Assembly (NCBI RefSeq): GCF_006345805.1 | Contig: NC_043010.1 | Location: 56,916,001 to 56,980,000, forward strand | Source: Octopus sinensis | Lineage: Eukaryota | Direction of reading: 5' to 3' | Length of the DNA: 64,000 nucleotides | Part shown: in pieces, positions 25,099-38,585 of the stretch | How the letters are laid out: every line of letters begins with the position of its first letter | Position numbering within the stretch: the first letter of the stretch is position 1 | Translations under genes and position numbers: made by a program | The notes under the pieces: model-generated | What the model was told of the DNA's origin: nothing | Seen by the model: only the letters and a program-made list of their open reading frames with translations | The model's database searches: none

Positions 25099-28000
25099 CA
25101 CCCCCCCCCCCCTGCAGCATACCACAAACACAGCTGCATTTCTGTTACTACTATAATACACTTTGAGCCAGTTGGGAAATAGCAGCTAAATCACTCTCAA
25201 ATTATATCCTACATTGAAAGACATAAAGGATATAGTTATGGAGTTATAAAAATATGTGAAGGGCATGGCTGCACTATGTTTGATTAGGGGACGAATTTGG
25301 ACTAAACTACAACAAAACAGTCCGAAGAGGGAGTCTGTAGATTGGTACATCTCAAATCACACCTGAATCCTTTAAGGAAAAACATATCAGATAAAGAGCT
25401 TGTTGATAGATCATGTCTGGAAATAGGTAATTGCCTGGCTATGGTCTGTGCTCCTAGGCCTAGTCTGTCAGGCATGATCCAAGGCCAAAATATATCATCA
25501 TCCCCAAGTAAGCCACTTGAATCTTATGTTTTGTGGGAACAAGGGAACTGATGCTTAACCTCCTAGAAATAGCTGCCAAATCTCAGATCACTCCCCATCA
25601 TGATCATTACATCATCTCAGTGTCCACTTTCCCATGCATGCATGGGTCAGACAGAATTTGATGAGGCAAATTCTCAGCAGCTAGATGTTCTTCTTGTGGT
25701 AACTCTTACCTGCTTCCAAGTAAGGTAATGGTTCCTCTTGGCCAGACATGTCTTTCATGGAATATTGGAGATGAACAACATCACTTGTATGTGATGCTTC
25801 TTTACAACAATCATATGATGCCAAATCAAGGAGACACCAGCTTTCTCTCTCTCACACACACACTTGCCATAACAATTCCTTGAAGAATTCTTCCATGTAA
25901 CTGAACCCTAAAAGAAATGTCATTCAATCGATGATTTTTCTCTCTCCCTGAACACCCCAACTCCTTGTTTGTGTCAAAGAGACCCTATTATTAATTAAAC
26001 ATAACAGCACACTAGCTTTATCTTCCTCTGTCCTTTTACTGTTTTCTAGTGTTATCTCTATTGACTTGGCCATTCAGTAACATCAGTACCAGTAATATAC
26101 ATGGGGCAGTTGTAAAATGTCTCCTACAATGAAATCCTTCTGTTTTGATCCTCCTTATCTTCACTTTTGAATATTATTTTCCTTGTAAAGTGTGTAGTCT
26201 GGCGCTCTATGTCTGCTACCTCTTATTGATTATTAAATATTGATCACTGATCAATTTGACTGGTCTAGACATTCTATATCATTTGTTTCCCATAGGATGT
26301 ATTCTTCAATACTAAAACTGAATTGTCAACAGCACTACTATTTCAATATTTCCACCTTCGGTAATTAGAAGAGTTCACTCCAATACTTATTCGTGCAGTC
26401 TTACACAAAACTTATTTGATGTTTTTAAACCTTTCCTCTCTCTCTCTCTCTCTCTCTCCCTTCTCACTGCTCTTTCTCTCTATTCCTTTTGCAATTCTAT
26501 GATTTATAATTAGTAACTGAACACAATAATTCAACTGAGAGAAATTAAATATTATTTCAGAGTTGTTTTGTTGTGAGTTTTATGCAGAGAGAGAAGGGTT
26601 ACGTGCAGTGTTGTGTTGTGGTGGTGTTCTTGATGCAGCTTCTGGTTTGTAATGTCTTATGTTGTAGAAACATGGCTTACCATGGATTAGGGTTGATCAT
26701 TTTAGGGCCTCAGATAGGATTGGATTGCTGTGCACTGTATAAAATATGTGAATGTCACATTGGGGTTCTGCAAATGTTGCTATGAATTATAGACTTCAGC
26801 CTAATTATTGTCAACAGTTCTTCTTAGATATGGTTGGGGTGAGACGCCTGAGCCAGAAAACAGTAAATTAGCAGTTTCTTAACTCTTTTTGGCTCATCAG
26901 TGACCTCATACAGAACACTTCCCCATCTGGTTCTTTTGATATCCCTTATATTTATGTGCTGGTGTGTTCATTTAACTAATATTACATATCTCGGGGAATT
27001 TCTACATAAAAATTATTAATCCTTTTTTTTTCTCTTCAAAAAGTTCAATTTCATAACAAAATAACCAAATTCTAAAACTGTTTTAAAAGTTTGTCAAAGC
27101 TAAATTTAGGAGACACACAAAGAAGATTTAGAAAAGTTTGTCTCAACCAAGACCTTGCTGAGACTAGATTCCTCTACTATTCCCTATTAAGGGTTTCCTC
27201 ACTACATATGAATGCTAGGATTTGCATGTCTTTGGAGATACACAGTGTGTGGATAATAGAATCATTGTTCCCTTAACCAACCACTGTGAGAGAGTTGTCC
27301 AAATATTGTTGAGTCAGACATAAATAGCTTCCAAACAATACGCTAGAGTCGAGAAGACCCTCTTGTGTCTGTATACGACAAAGAACAAGTTTAGAAAAAT
27401 CTTAGAAAGAAAGATAGTCTCTGCAAATTAAGTAAAGGAGGTTGATTTAATTAATTTCTCTCACTCCTAAAATCTGTTTTTATTGTCTCAGATGTTAGAA
27501 ATCATTTTTATTTGTCAGTCTGTGGAATAGGGAAGTCTCAGGGGATTCCTAACCCTTCTTTGTGGTGTTTGATAGAGTTGTCACTGCCTAACCTTTCAAA
27601 GACGGTTTTATGCTTTGATTAATCTTTTATGAAGTTTAACTTGGTGAGAGCAAAAATACAAGATTAATTAAGATTAATAATTAGTACGTTAAAGGTGGCA
27701 AGTTGGCAGAATTGTTAGCACATCAGGCAAAATGCTATGGACTGACTTGCTAGTTTACAGTTACTGAGAGGATATTAAGGTGGAAATACATTGTTGACAG
27801 GTAATATAATGTGTGTGTGTGGGGGGGGTGTTAGTCTGTCCTCTAGATATTTAGATATTAAACAATATTGTTTTCATCTAGTAAGACTGTTGTTGCTGAA
27901 ATAATTATTTCAATTAATTATCGCACCAAATCATCATTTACTTTCAATCTTATACTATTTAAATAAGCTCAATCACCTACAGAACTAATTCTCCCACTTT

Positions 28001-28146
28001 TGTAATCTTTATGTTTTTATTGAAGAATATTAAATATTTTTCTGTCTGTCTTCTTCTTAATAATAATACTACTACTACTACTACTCATCATCATCATCGT
28101 TCGACTGTGGTCGAGACAATGGAATTTACCATGCTACGCCAGACTT

Positions 28147-28216
<70 letters not shown>

Positions 28217-28221
28217 CCATT

Positions 28222-28390
28222 CTGCTGAAGGCACAAGGCCTGAAATCTTGGGAGAGGGACTAGTTGTTCATGTCAACCCCAGTTGTTCACTGGTACTTAT
28301 TTTTGTCAACCCCAAAAGGGTGAAAGGCAAAGTTGACCTCAGTGGAATGTGAACTCAGAATGTAAAGAACCAGAAGAAATTCTGTATGGT
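28222..28390 (-). mobile_element. SINE family A, reverse orientation
   Basis: CTGGTACTTATT...GAAAGGCAAAGTTGACCTCAGTGGAATGTGAACTCAGAA is the reverse complement of the family core. Confidence 0.78.
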
Positions 28391-31300
28391 ATTTTAAGGT
28401 TTAGTGTTCATGAAGTTTTCTAATTGGCTCTCATCAATGATGCTCGTTACTCAGTATAATCCTAATTGAGTACATCTGTGACTACATTATTTATTATGCT
28501 CTTTCCAAAAAGATTGTTAGGTGTGATTGGATGAAGATTTGGCTGCTATTTCTTGTAGGATTCCTCATTGGTTCATTTGTAGGTAGTGTAACCTATAGGA
28601 AGAGGTTAATTAATTAGTCACTGTTGTTAATGCTGGTCATCATAGCAGATTATGACCTTTTCTCATTGGAGAATTGCTGCATTAAGGGGACGCTATCCTT
28701 GTCATGTGGGTAAAATGTTGCTAGGATAATGTCCCTTGACTCTTATCAATGTTCTACCAAATGTACTAAAGAGCTCTGCTACTCAGTAAACAGTTTCCAA
28801 TATACTCATAATACTGTCTCCCCCCCTCCTTCCTTCCAATTATATTGTATTTCCTACTCTTTTCTAGTGAGGAAGGTTAAAAATAATTCTTTACTATTCA
28901 ATGAAAGTTCAAAACCATTTTATTTTGTTACTATGAAAAAGATTTCTTCTTCTTCTTCTTCCCATCATCAGTATTAGTGTTATTGAATATAGAGTTATGT
29001 TGTCACTGAGTTAAACTTCTATATTCTGTATTATATATTTCTATTCATCATATCTTTTAGATCCTGTTTTAATATCTCATTGGTTCAATGCTATTTAATT
29101 AAGGTTTTTGTTACCAAGCAAAACCCTGCCACTTTTAATGAACTTCTCCAGTGGGTGGGAGGAAACATTTAAATGATATAATGTTTACTTTTAGAGTACT
29201 AACTAGTGTAAAGTTGTTTAATTAGAGACAGTATTTTTAGTTGTGAGTGCACTGACAGCTATTGTCCATTAGTAGGCTTCTATTCCACTAAACAACCAAA
29301 GCAAATCAAAGTTTAGAGGAATTACTGATGTTTTTCAGGTGATTTTTTTTTATACTGTAATCTCTACTTCCAATGTAGATTGGATGACTAGAGACCATAC
29401 TACATTAGACAACCCTTAGTAATAAAGATTAATAAAAGGGGATTCAAAAGTATTGTGCTAATTTCTAAAGCACAAGTGTGAAAGGACTAAAATTTTATTT
29501 AAAAATATGCAAAAAATAGAAACTGAAATTCTAGGCTTTACGCAATATTGTAAGGAGCTAATTTTTTCTAGCTTAAATTATATTTATAGGATAAAATATA
29601 TAAATATCTGCTTTTAGATTAATTTTACTCTATGCAGCAAGTGTGCTGAAATAATATTTGCTCTAAAGTATGGTGGTCAAAACAAACCGGGAACTCCTGC
29701 CAGATTTCCCTCAAATCATATTTGACCGTCTGTCTGTTTGTCTCTCTTTCTCTCTCATGTCTTTTTCTTTTTTAGAAACAAAATTAAGTGAAGCCACATT
29801 AGATGATGTTGCTTTAGATATACAATGCCTGAATAAAAGATATGGTTATCCCAGCTGGATTACTTTTGATCATAGATCTGTGTGGTCAAGGCTGATGTGG
29901 TGTTAAGCAACAAGGGCTTTCATAATACAGAGGTTAGCTGGGTGTTCTTAAAAGATTAGCTAATGTCAGTCTTTGACCATTCTGTTTTGGGACATATCTT
30001 GGAAACAAGGAACTTCTTGGTAGACTAGGCTAGTGGATAATAAGTAGCTGAAGATAGTCTGTAGCATGTTTTAGCAAATTTGAAATATAGAATGGGATTT
30101 ATAGTTGAGTTGTGGAAGAAGGAAAGAATGAACCAAAGAAAGATTAGTCAGAGAGATTGTTGGAAAATAGGGAGAAGCTGTAATCCACCTAAAAAATCTT
30201 CAAAGGAGTAACTAGAAAGATTAGTTTGATAATTTCTGAGATATTGGTAACTTGGGTTCACTATTGTTGGATGTGAATAGTGGGGGGGGGGGGGGGGCGT
30301 CTAGTTATATTACCATAGTTACCAATATTACAACCAGAATGAGGGATTGTGGAGAACCTAATTATTGTGAATCAATTGAATTGAATGATATCAAATCCTA
30401 TTCACTGCACTACCTCTCATTTTGATGTACATCTTAGTAGGGTGCTGACACGATGGATCCATACTGCATTCTAACTAGTGACTGGCCCTGTTGATTCTTG
30501 AAGTAGAGTTATAATAAACATAATATTTGACTAAAATGTTTGAAATGTCTGTTAATTTTTTGGTGAACAAAATCTTTATTTTCTACATAGATATCCTTGT
30601 GAAAAAATATTTTGAGTAGTAATGTCCACAAGTTATATTGTAAATTTATGAATAATTTCTGTTGTTGTATTAGCATGATCTGCTAAGTCAGCAGCTGGTG
30701 TTTGACTGAAAGATAAATAATAAAGTACTATTACATTCAAGTAAGTTTGAAGTATTATTACTTGATAATATGGTTGTGGTGGTGAGTAACTGTAAGTTTT
30801 ATGAAATATAAATAAAAGGTGGGTATTGAGCTGTAACAACATCTTCCTTGATATGTGGCAGTGTAATATTGTATTTGTAGTGGCTCCATCATTCTTACAC
30901 TTTGTGTCTCAGTATTAGATTTCCACAGAAACTGCTTTGTTCATAACAAAGTTTAGATATTTTATCTGACAGTACATATCACTGTAATAAAATAACAAAA
31001 ATACTTGTCTTGTCTCTAATATGAATTATTGAAATACCTGTCTTTCCCAATGAAAGTAAATGATGTAATCACTAAGTTCACTGAAATGGCTGGCTGGATT
31101 TTTAATTATTATTTAAAATATCAAAGCGGTGTGTGTGTGTGTGCAATACAAATGTGTGACTTCCTTAGTTATAAGTCTTAACATCAATGTTAAACTAAGA
31201 TTATTCTGTAGGCTTCAGTCTTAAATTGTTGCTAAATTTTTTGGAAGATATATTGACACTGTATGAAGCTGATGAGAGATAAAAGTGTTATAAGTTGGAT

Positions 31301-33059
31301 ATGCTATCCACATGGTCTTTCTGAAGAAACACTGTATAACTAACCAGTCTAATGGAGCTGATGTTGATAGATAGGAGATAAAAGCTATATGTTTTTAACA
31401 TGGCCTTTCTATACATAACAAGCAGGTCTAATGTAGCCACTGCTGCTGTTGAGGATGGCAACAACAGCATCAATAATATAACTTGGATATTCTATGAATA
31501 TAGTCTTTCTGTGTCATGAAATTAACACATTCAAATGTTGACCCACTTGTCCAGGATTGGTTGAAATGATTTCTCTCAAAAACAGTTTTTATTATTTAAC
31601 CCCATGTTGACCCTGATCCACCAGCTTTGTGATCAAAAATGTTCCAGTTATGACCATTTGATTTTTTTTTGATTTTCAGGTAAGATACATAGGTCTCAAT
31701 TTTACTTTTTGTTTATAGTAGAACATACGTTGAGAGAGATTTGGATGGTTATTAACTGCCTTGTGTGTTGCTTGAACTAAATGTTGCTCCAGTCAGGTCT
31801 GTGTTTTTACTTGAATTTCTCGGTTAGACATTAGAATTTATTGACATAGCAGTGAAATGTGTCTAATCAGTTTAGTTTGAGTATATGACTGGTTATTTAG
31901 GGGGTCAAACAGAAAATACGGCCTTTGAAAATCTCTAACCATCTTAGACTTTCTACTGTTTGTGTTTGTTCCTTCATCCTACTAATTGGAGTGGACTATA
32001 TTATAAATATTTCCAACTTAATTACTGGGTGTTGTACAGCATATCCACCCTGGGTTTCCCACCCAATATATTTCAGTTAAGTCTCCATCTATTACTCTCT
32101 CTCTCTCTCACCAGTTGTATAATGAGGGAAGTTGTTTGATCTGTACATATTTAATTCCTCCTCTATTAATCTTAATCACTCTACCATCATGATGCCTGTG
32201 TAATAAGGGATGGCATAGATCTACCCAGGTTTAGTACCCTTTTCCCATCACTCATCTATATTGCTACTCATCCACACTCACTCACTTCTCCCCTCCCACT
32301 CTTCATTGACATCTACCATTCTCACTACATTATCTCCCAACTTTATCCTATACCATTCATACTGTTTCTCTAGTCAGCCTCCTCCTTATCAACTACTAGC
32401 ATGTACTTACTACTACTACTATGTTCTTTTTCACATTACTTCTTCTCTTACTGTCTTCTTACCTCTGTCAGTCTGTTTCTCTCATCAAACTACGCTTTGT
32501 CTCTTCTACTCAGCCAATCAGGTTTACTTTGAATCAAGTTTATGGTCTTGCTGAGAACAGGGCAGCCTGTCTAGTGCTGGTTCCATAATAAAATACCCTC
32601 ACTACACTAATGGTTGCTGTATAGCAGAGAGGGAAATTTGGAAATCATAGCAGACCTGTGTAATACTGGTCTCACAATGAAATGCAACCAGTACTGTCTG
32701 TAAAGTGGTATTAGGAAAGGCTTCCAGCCTTAGAAACCATAATTGAGTAAGATCTGGTCTTCCATCTCAGCTTCAAGAGCAGTAACTTTGAATAAGATGT
32801 TAGGTGACATATCCAACATAGAAAATAGATGTAAAGTGGTGGTGGTGGTGGTTCTGCGCTGCCAAAATAGATGTTTTCATGTAGACAATTACTGGGAATA
32901 CTCACAGACATGGTTTTACTGGTGTTATTTAAATCATTTAGTTATTCTATGACCACAATACTCATCATGGTTTGTCTTTTTCTGTCTTGTGTGTGTGTAT
33001 TGTCATCATCATCTGCTGTTCTAGACTGGATGGAGGACCATATCTCACTCATAAGTTTA

Positions 33060-33700
33060 ATTTTTATCTAGTATTTTGTTTCTTCTCTACTTTATCTTAA
33101 CTTTTTGCTTTGTCCGTAATCCTCTTTGTCTGGAGCCCATTCCTCTACCTCTCCTTCAGCATTTTTGCATTTTCTTTTCAGTTATTGTATTTATCCTTTC
33201 AAGATCCTTACTGAGCTCTTCAACTTCATTCTCAACTCACCGTTTCTACTCACAACCTTTGTCTCTTTCTCTTTCTGCTTGACTTTTAACTCCAACTACT
33301 TCTACACCAACAGACGCTGCACAGTATATGAGCTCTGTTACATCTGTTATATTCTCATCATTGATTCTCATTTGTAGCTTATCCAGCCTCTTCACAGATT
33401 TTCACTTTTGGTTCCTCTCATTCTTTTACTAATTCACTTCTCGTTTAAACTTTGTAGTTTTATTTTCTTCTGTAGTATCTTTTCCTTCCACAAAGTAAAA
33501 ATTGTATTCACCCTCATTACTATTTCTTTTTTACTGATGCTTCATCAGTCATTCTGACATGTCTTGTTCAATTTCCTCTTTTTCAGAGCCTTGTTCTTCT
33601 TTTCCTGTTTTGATGAACTCTTCCAGCTCAAACTTAGGTAGCCATTGTCTTTTCATGATTAGGTTTTTCTGATTTAGATGTCTCCCCCCCCCCCACTGCT
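33060..33700 (-). mobile_element. Decayed R4/Dong-like non-LTR retrotransposon, N-terminal ORF region
   Basis: Minus-strand peptides NLIMKRQWLPKFELEEF, DENITDVTELIYCAASVGVEVVGVK and VEELSKDLERIN resemble the R4/Dong pre-RT region as I recall it; several stops and frameshifts. Confidence 0.5.
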
Positions 33701-33922
33701 CTCTCATTTCTCCTCTCCTCCATCTACATGAAATATTGTTTCTCTCTTTTGCCCTTTTTTCTTTTTTTTTTTTGTTCCACAATTCATTTTTGTCTCCCCT
33801 TAAACCTTTTATTTCTCTGCTCTGTTGCACAAAGTCCAAGGAGGGAAAATGCTATCTAACAGAGCTAAGTGACACCAAGGATTTAAAAAAATTTAGTCTC
33901 CTGTTTACCTCATCATTGTTAT

Positions 33923-34125
33923 TGTTGTGGTTAAGGCAGCAAGTTGATAGAATTCTTATCACATCAGACAAAATGCTTAATAAGCATTTCAGCCGCCTCT
34001 TTATGTATTGAGTTCAAATCCCACTGGGATTAACTTTGCCTGTCATCCTTTTGGGGATCAATAAAATTACCAGTCAAGTACTGGAGTTGATATAATTGAC
34101 TACCCTCTTCTCCCAAAATTTGAAA
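33923..34125 (+). mobile_element. SINE family A, old copy
   Basis: AAGGCAGCAAG...GAGTTCAAATCCC...ACTTTGCCTGTCATCC...TACCAGTCAAGTACTGG. Confidence 0.72.
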
Positions 34126-35289
34126 GAATTATTATTATGATGATGATGATGATGCTTAAGCTAGTGTTTGCTAATTTAGTTAGCAGGTATTTTATCTTGA
34201 TGGTTGGTGACAACAAATCTCAAATTTCAAGAACTTTCCTTAAGATTCTTGCAGAATATATGATGGTACTCTCTTGCAGCTAAACAGAGTGACTTTCAAT
34301 TCCAATCTCTTCCAGGGAGCACCTTGGCTGCTGTACCAAATACAATAATCACTACACGAATAATTGTTGTCTTAGTCTTCCACTGTCTCCTTCTCCTCCT
34401 CATTATTACTATTACATGCTGTATTAGTCAGCAGGGATGTTGTCTTGAGTTTTAGTGATAACAAGTCTACTCAAATCTCAAAACTATTTCTTAGGATTCT
34501 AAACTCTTTACCCAATTTGTCCTTGTCAAGCCTCATCCAGCATCCATTCTCTCTCTCCCCCTCATCCTTCTATCACTCTCTTAACTATTGCATTATTGAG
34601 TAGCTGAAGTATATATTCCATCCTCTTCTGTACTACCAATTATGTCTCTTTCTCCCTTCAACCACCTCCTATTGAGACCCTGCCCTCATTCTTGACACTG
34701 TCTCCTATTTACTATCAACCAACTCCCTCCACTTAGGCTTACCTCTCATTCATCCTAGGTAGCTCTTTCCACCTTCACCCATATCACTATATATATCTCA
34801 CTCTTCCCCATATTCTTGCAACAACCTTTATTCACCCACCCCACCTGTCATCTCCCTATTTCTCATTCTTCCCTTTTCCTGCCAGCCATCCCTCATTCTT
34901 AACTCCTTCACCCCCCTCCCAAATTCATATTTACTGTTGGCCACCTCTCCATCCTTCTTTGCCATTCACCTCTACACCATCCTCAACCATCATCGCTCTC
35001 TCCACACACTCTTGCAATCAATTTTGCCCTCCCTACTCTCATCCTTCTTGATCTTCTCTCCTCACACTCTCTTCTAATCACCGTCTACCTCGCAGTGAAT
35101 GCTCTGATAGCTCATCATCACCTTCTTTATCTACCTTACCAGTTCCACTCACCCATCCTTATATAATGCTGGGTGGCCACATATCTCTTCTAAAGCAAGA
35201 AACCTGTTTTTATCCCCCTCCACCCTTCTACTGTATTCGCTCTCAGTAGAGGGAGCTCTTGAATCTTGTGAGTTACTTAGTGACATCAC

Positions 35290-35680
35290 AAGTGTTGGTT
35301 CCATGGAACAAGCACCCAGGACCCTCTGTAGAGTAGTTGGATTTAAGAAGGGCATCCAGCCATAGAAACCCTGCTAAAACAGATATAGGAACTTGATACA
35401 GTTGTCAGACTCATTAGATCCTATCAAACCATCCAACCCATACCATTAAATGATGATAAGATTTATGCATACTTGCATGCCCACACACATACACGTGTGT
35501 GTATGTACAACATATATATATATTGCATTATATATCATTATCACCATCATTTGACATGGAGCTGGGTCAACCAGGAAGCTGTCTAGGCTCCAATTGTCTG
35601 TTGAGGCATGGTTTCTACAGCTGGATGCTCTTCCTAATGCCAACCACTTTACAGAGTGTTGGCCACCTCTTCACCATTCA
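35290..35680. mobile_element. Two family C non-autonomous retroelement copies, tail to tail
   Basis: Plus copy with GAAGGGCATCCAGC...CCATCCAACCCAT (35290-35455); minus copy with GCTGGATGCTCTTCCTAATGCCAACC (35535-35680). Confidence 0.7.
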
Positions 35681-36725
35681 GCTCTATGCCATCTCTTTCT
35701 CTCCCCACACACCCATTCTTATATAATGCAGGGTAGCCACATATATCTTGAAGAGATACGTGGCTACCCTGTTGTGGCATGGCTTCTATGACTGGATGCC
35801 CTTCCTAACAGATGGCAGCACATCTGGAAGTCGATGGCCAAATAACAAAGGAAGACAATCCCCAGTAGTGGGGCATTTCCTCCTCCATATTTTTAAGAGG
35901 TCATGGGCCAACAGGTTTTTAGGATCTTATGATATGCCTTTATGGACAGGAAACCTAAGGTAATCCCATAAACTAGCTTCCCCCATTTTTAATATATACT
36001 GCTCTACATCTTAGAGTGTGCTTCTTTCAGATTTATGTTTTTTTACAAACAATACATACATACATATATATATATGTATATATAATATTTAACAATATTT
36101 ATTCACGACTTTTCACACATATTCTCAGTTAGTATAGTAAATTCTCAGTTAGTGTAGGTACTACATAGTTACACTAACATGTATTCCATGCCAAAATAGA
36201 AAGTCAACATAATAGATTAACAGGTGGGTACATACACATATCTTACCAGCAAATATGTAATTGTCATTAATGTCTCTCTTACATCATGACATCCGAGTAA
36301 AGATGGATTACATTGGAGCTGTTAGTATCTCCATTCACCTTTCTATGGTGCTAGACACCATCCCCTCTCATTTGGGTCACTCTTTTATTGACATCCATCA
36401 TACATTCTTACCTCTCTCTCTCTCTAACTCAGTTCATATTCATCTAACCACTTTATAAAGTCACAATGCCCTGAACAACAATGGACAGATGAAGACCTTG
36501 TTGCATGTAGAGTACAAGACAACCTCCCCAGGTCTGGTGCCACAATACAAGGCACCTGTTAAGATTTTGGTGTTTAGAAGGGCATCCAGCTAAAGAAGCC
36601 ATGATAAAAATGAAATGTACAAGGGAAACAATCTTTTTACCCATCTCGGAAGGTAGCAAGACTGCAGAAGAGGCAGATTCACACGGCTTTGATGACCCAT
36701 CTAATCCATGTTAATATATATATAT

Positions 36726-37132
36726 CATCATCGTTTAGCGTCCACTTTCCATGCTGGCATGGGTTGGACGGTTCAACTTGGGTCTGGGAAGCCAGAAGGC
36801 TGCACCAGGCCCAGTCTGATCTGGCAATGTTTCTACTGCTGGATGCCCTTCCTAATGCCAACCACTCCATGAGTGTAGTGGGTGCTTTTTACGTGCCAGA
36901 TGAGGCTGGCAAACTGCCACGATCGGAAGGTGCTTTTTACACGCCACCGGCACGGAGGCGAGGCGAGGCTGGCAACGGCCATGATCGGATGGTGCTTTTT
37001 ACATGCCACCGGCATGGAGGCCAGTCGGGGCAGCGCTGGCAACGGCCACGTTCGGGTGGTTCTCTTATGTGCCACCGGCACTGGTATCACAGCTACAATT
37101 TCCATTGATGTTGATCGATTTTGATTTTGATT
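36726..37132 (-). mobile_element. Family C non-autonomous retroelement, young copy with internal tandem repeats
   Basis: (CAT)n CGTTTAGCGTCCACTTTCCATGCTGGCATGGGTTGGACGG...GGATGCCCTTCCTAATGCCAACC; four 48-68 nt units starting GGTGCTTTTTAC or a variant; other copies at ~40095, 51420, 55480, 60630, 62790. Confidence 0.82.
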
Positions 37133-37340
37133 TATATGAATTAGAAAAAAACCCCACCTTTTATCAATTCAGTAATGAAAAATTAAAATATACCATCTAG
37201 AAAATTACATTTTATAGAAAGATTAAATATAAGATAAAACATATAAGATTATTTAATCATTCTATAATATGTAATTTTCTAGATGGTATAATTTAATTTT
37301 TCATTATTGAATTGATAAAAGGTGGGGTTTTTTTTTTCTA

Positions 37341-37348
<8 letters not shown>
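37133..37348. repeat. AT-rich foldback element (~97-bp imperfect arms, ~20-bp spacer)
   Basis: GAATTAGAAAAAAACCCCACCTTTTATCAATTC...TACCATCTAGAAAATTACA is mirrored by TGTAATTTTCTAGATGGTA...GAATTGATAAAAGGTGGGGTTTTTTTTTTCTAATT. Confidence 0.88.
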
Positions 37349-37394
<46 letters not shown>

Positions 37395-37399
37395 AAGTC

Positions 37400-37690
37400 T
37401 TTAATTCAATTCATCTCAAGAGCTGCAGCCATGCTGGGACACCACTGTTAGATTTGCTACACTTTCATTATTTGAAACCTCCTCTATGTGGCATTTGGTG
37501 AATGAGCGAGTTTAATGCTGCTGCATTTCCTGCTGTAAGGTAGGTAGGTTCATCCAGAATCCTTGACAGGAGGAGATCCAGTTTTATTTTGAAGAAGGAT
37601 ATTCAAAACTTGTGGGCCTGCGAAGCCCAAGGTCTGGCAGCATTTGGTCCCGTATTTTGATGGCAATGTTGGGATCTTTGGTACTATGCA
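37400..37690 (-). mobile_element. CR1/Zenon-like LINE 3' end
   Basis: Colinear with 16860-17190 (GCAGCCATGCTGG...ATGTGGCATTTGGTGAAT...TGTGGGCCT). Confidence 0.75.
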
Positions 37691-38585
37691 GTGCAGAGGA
37701 TTTGGAAAGAGTTGGATGAGTCTAATTGTGATTATGAAGGTACAGTAGCTCAGAAAACTCACTCTGATAAGAAAAGAACTTCTGAATTTGTTGGTGAGAT
37801 CCAGGTGATGATTGACAAGGATCCCTCCAAGTCAATCAGGTCCATGGGAGTGTCTGAGTTTATTAGACAAGTAGTGCATGGACACATTTGGTATTCCACA
37901 TAGCATATGAGAAAGGGACAATTTTTATCCCAAGTCATGAAGACAAGAAAAAAGACTGAGCTACAAAGCTTTTGAAGAAACTCAAGCATCCCCTCCTACT
38001 GAACATGCTTTGGTTTTTCTCAGACGAGAAAATTTTCTGCTAGGATCAGATGGTAAATATACAGAGCAACCATTGGTTTTCTGTGTCCCAAAACATGTAC
38101 CAGGAGTGATCACTAGTGATGGGTATGTTATGCCTCCATTCATCTTCCCACACAGTCTCAGATTCAAAATAGAGCTGCCCTGGGTCAAGAGGGTGGTTGC
38201 TGGAAGATCCTGTGTCTGGCAACAAGACTCTGCAACCACATCACCCCCAAAATCTGGTCACCTAACTCTCTACACTGCAACCTCCTTCATTATGTGTGGG
38301 ACACAGTTGAGTGAGCGACCATCAAAACTCCTTGTAACCCCAACGCTAGGATTATGGCAGCATTCACCAACTAAACAAGGAGACTGTCCAGAAGAGTTGC
38401 AGGAGATTCCAAAGTCATCTGGTGGCCTTGGTTGAAGCCAATGGCGATTTTATTGAATAAATTTACTCTTTAGCATTTAAAGTTATTTTTGTGTAATTTT
38501 GGTAAATATATCTGTTAAAATGAGATGTCAGTGGTATTTTCATTTTTGCGTAATTTAAAGGACAGTTTATTCACTGCAACCTGCA
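37690..38585 (+). mobile_element. Tc1/mariner transposase relic, maT (DD37D)-like, 5'-truncated with deletions
   Basis: KLKHP...WFFSDEKIF, VITSDGYVMPPFIFPHSLR, LPWVKRVVAGRSCVWQQDSA, terminal EANGDFIE*. The subfamily call rests on remembered similarity; D-D spacing cannot be counted because of deletions. Confidence 0.72.

Noticed and set aside
26870-26945. Minus-strand CUGAUGAG...GAAAC hammerhead-like motif
   Set aside because: Stems I and II cannot be paired convincingly; at best a heavily decayed relic.
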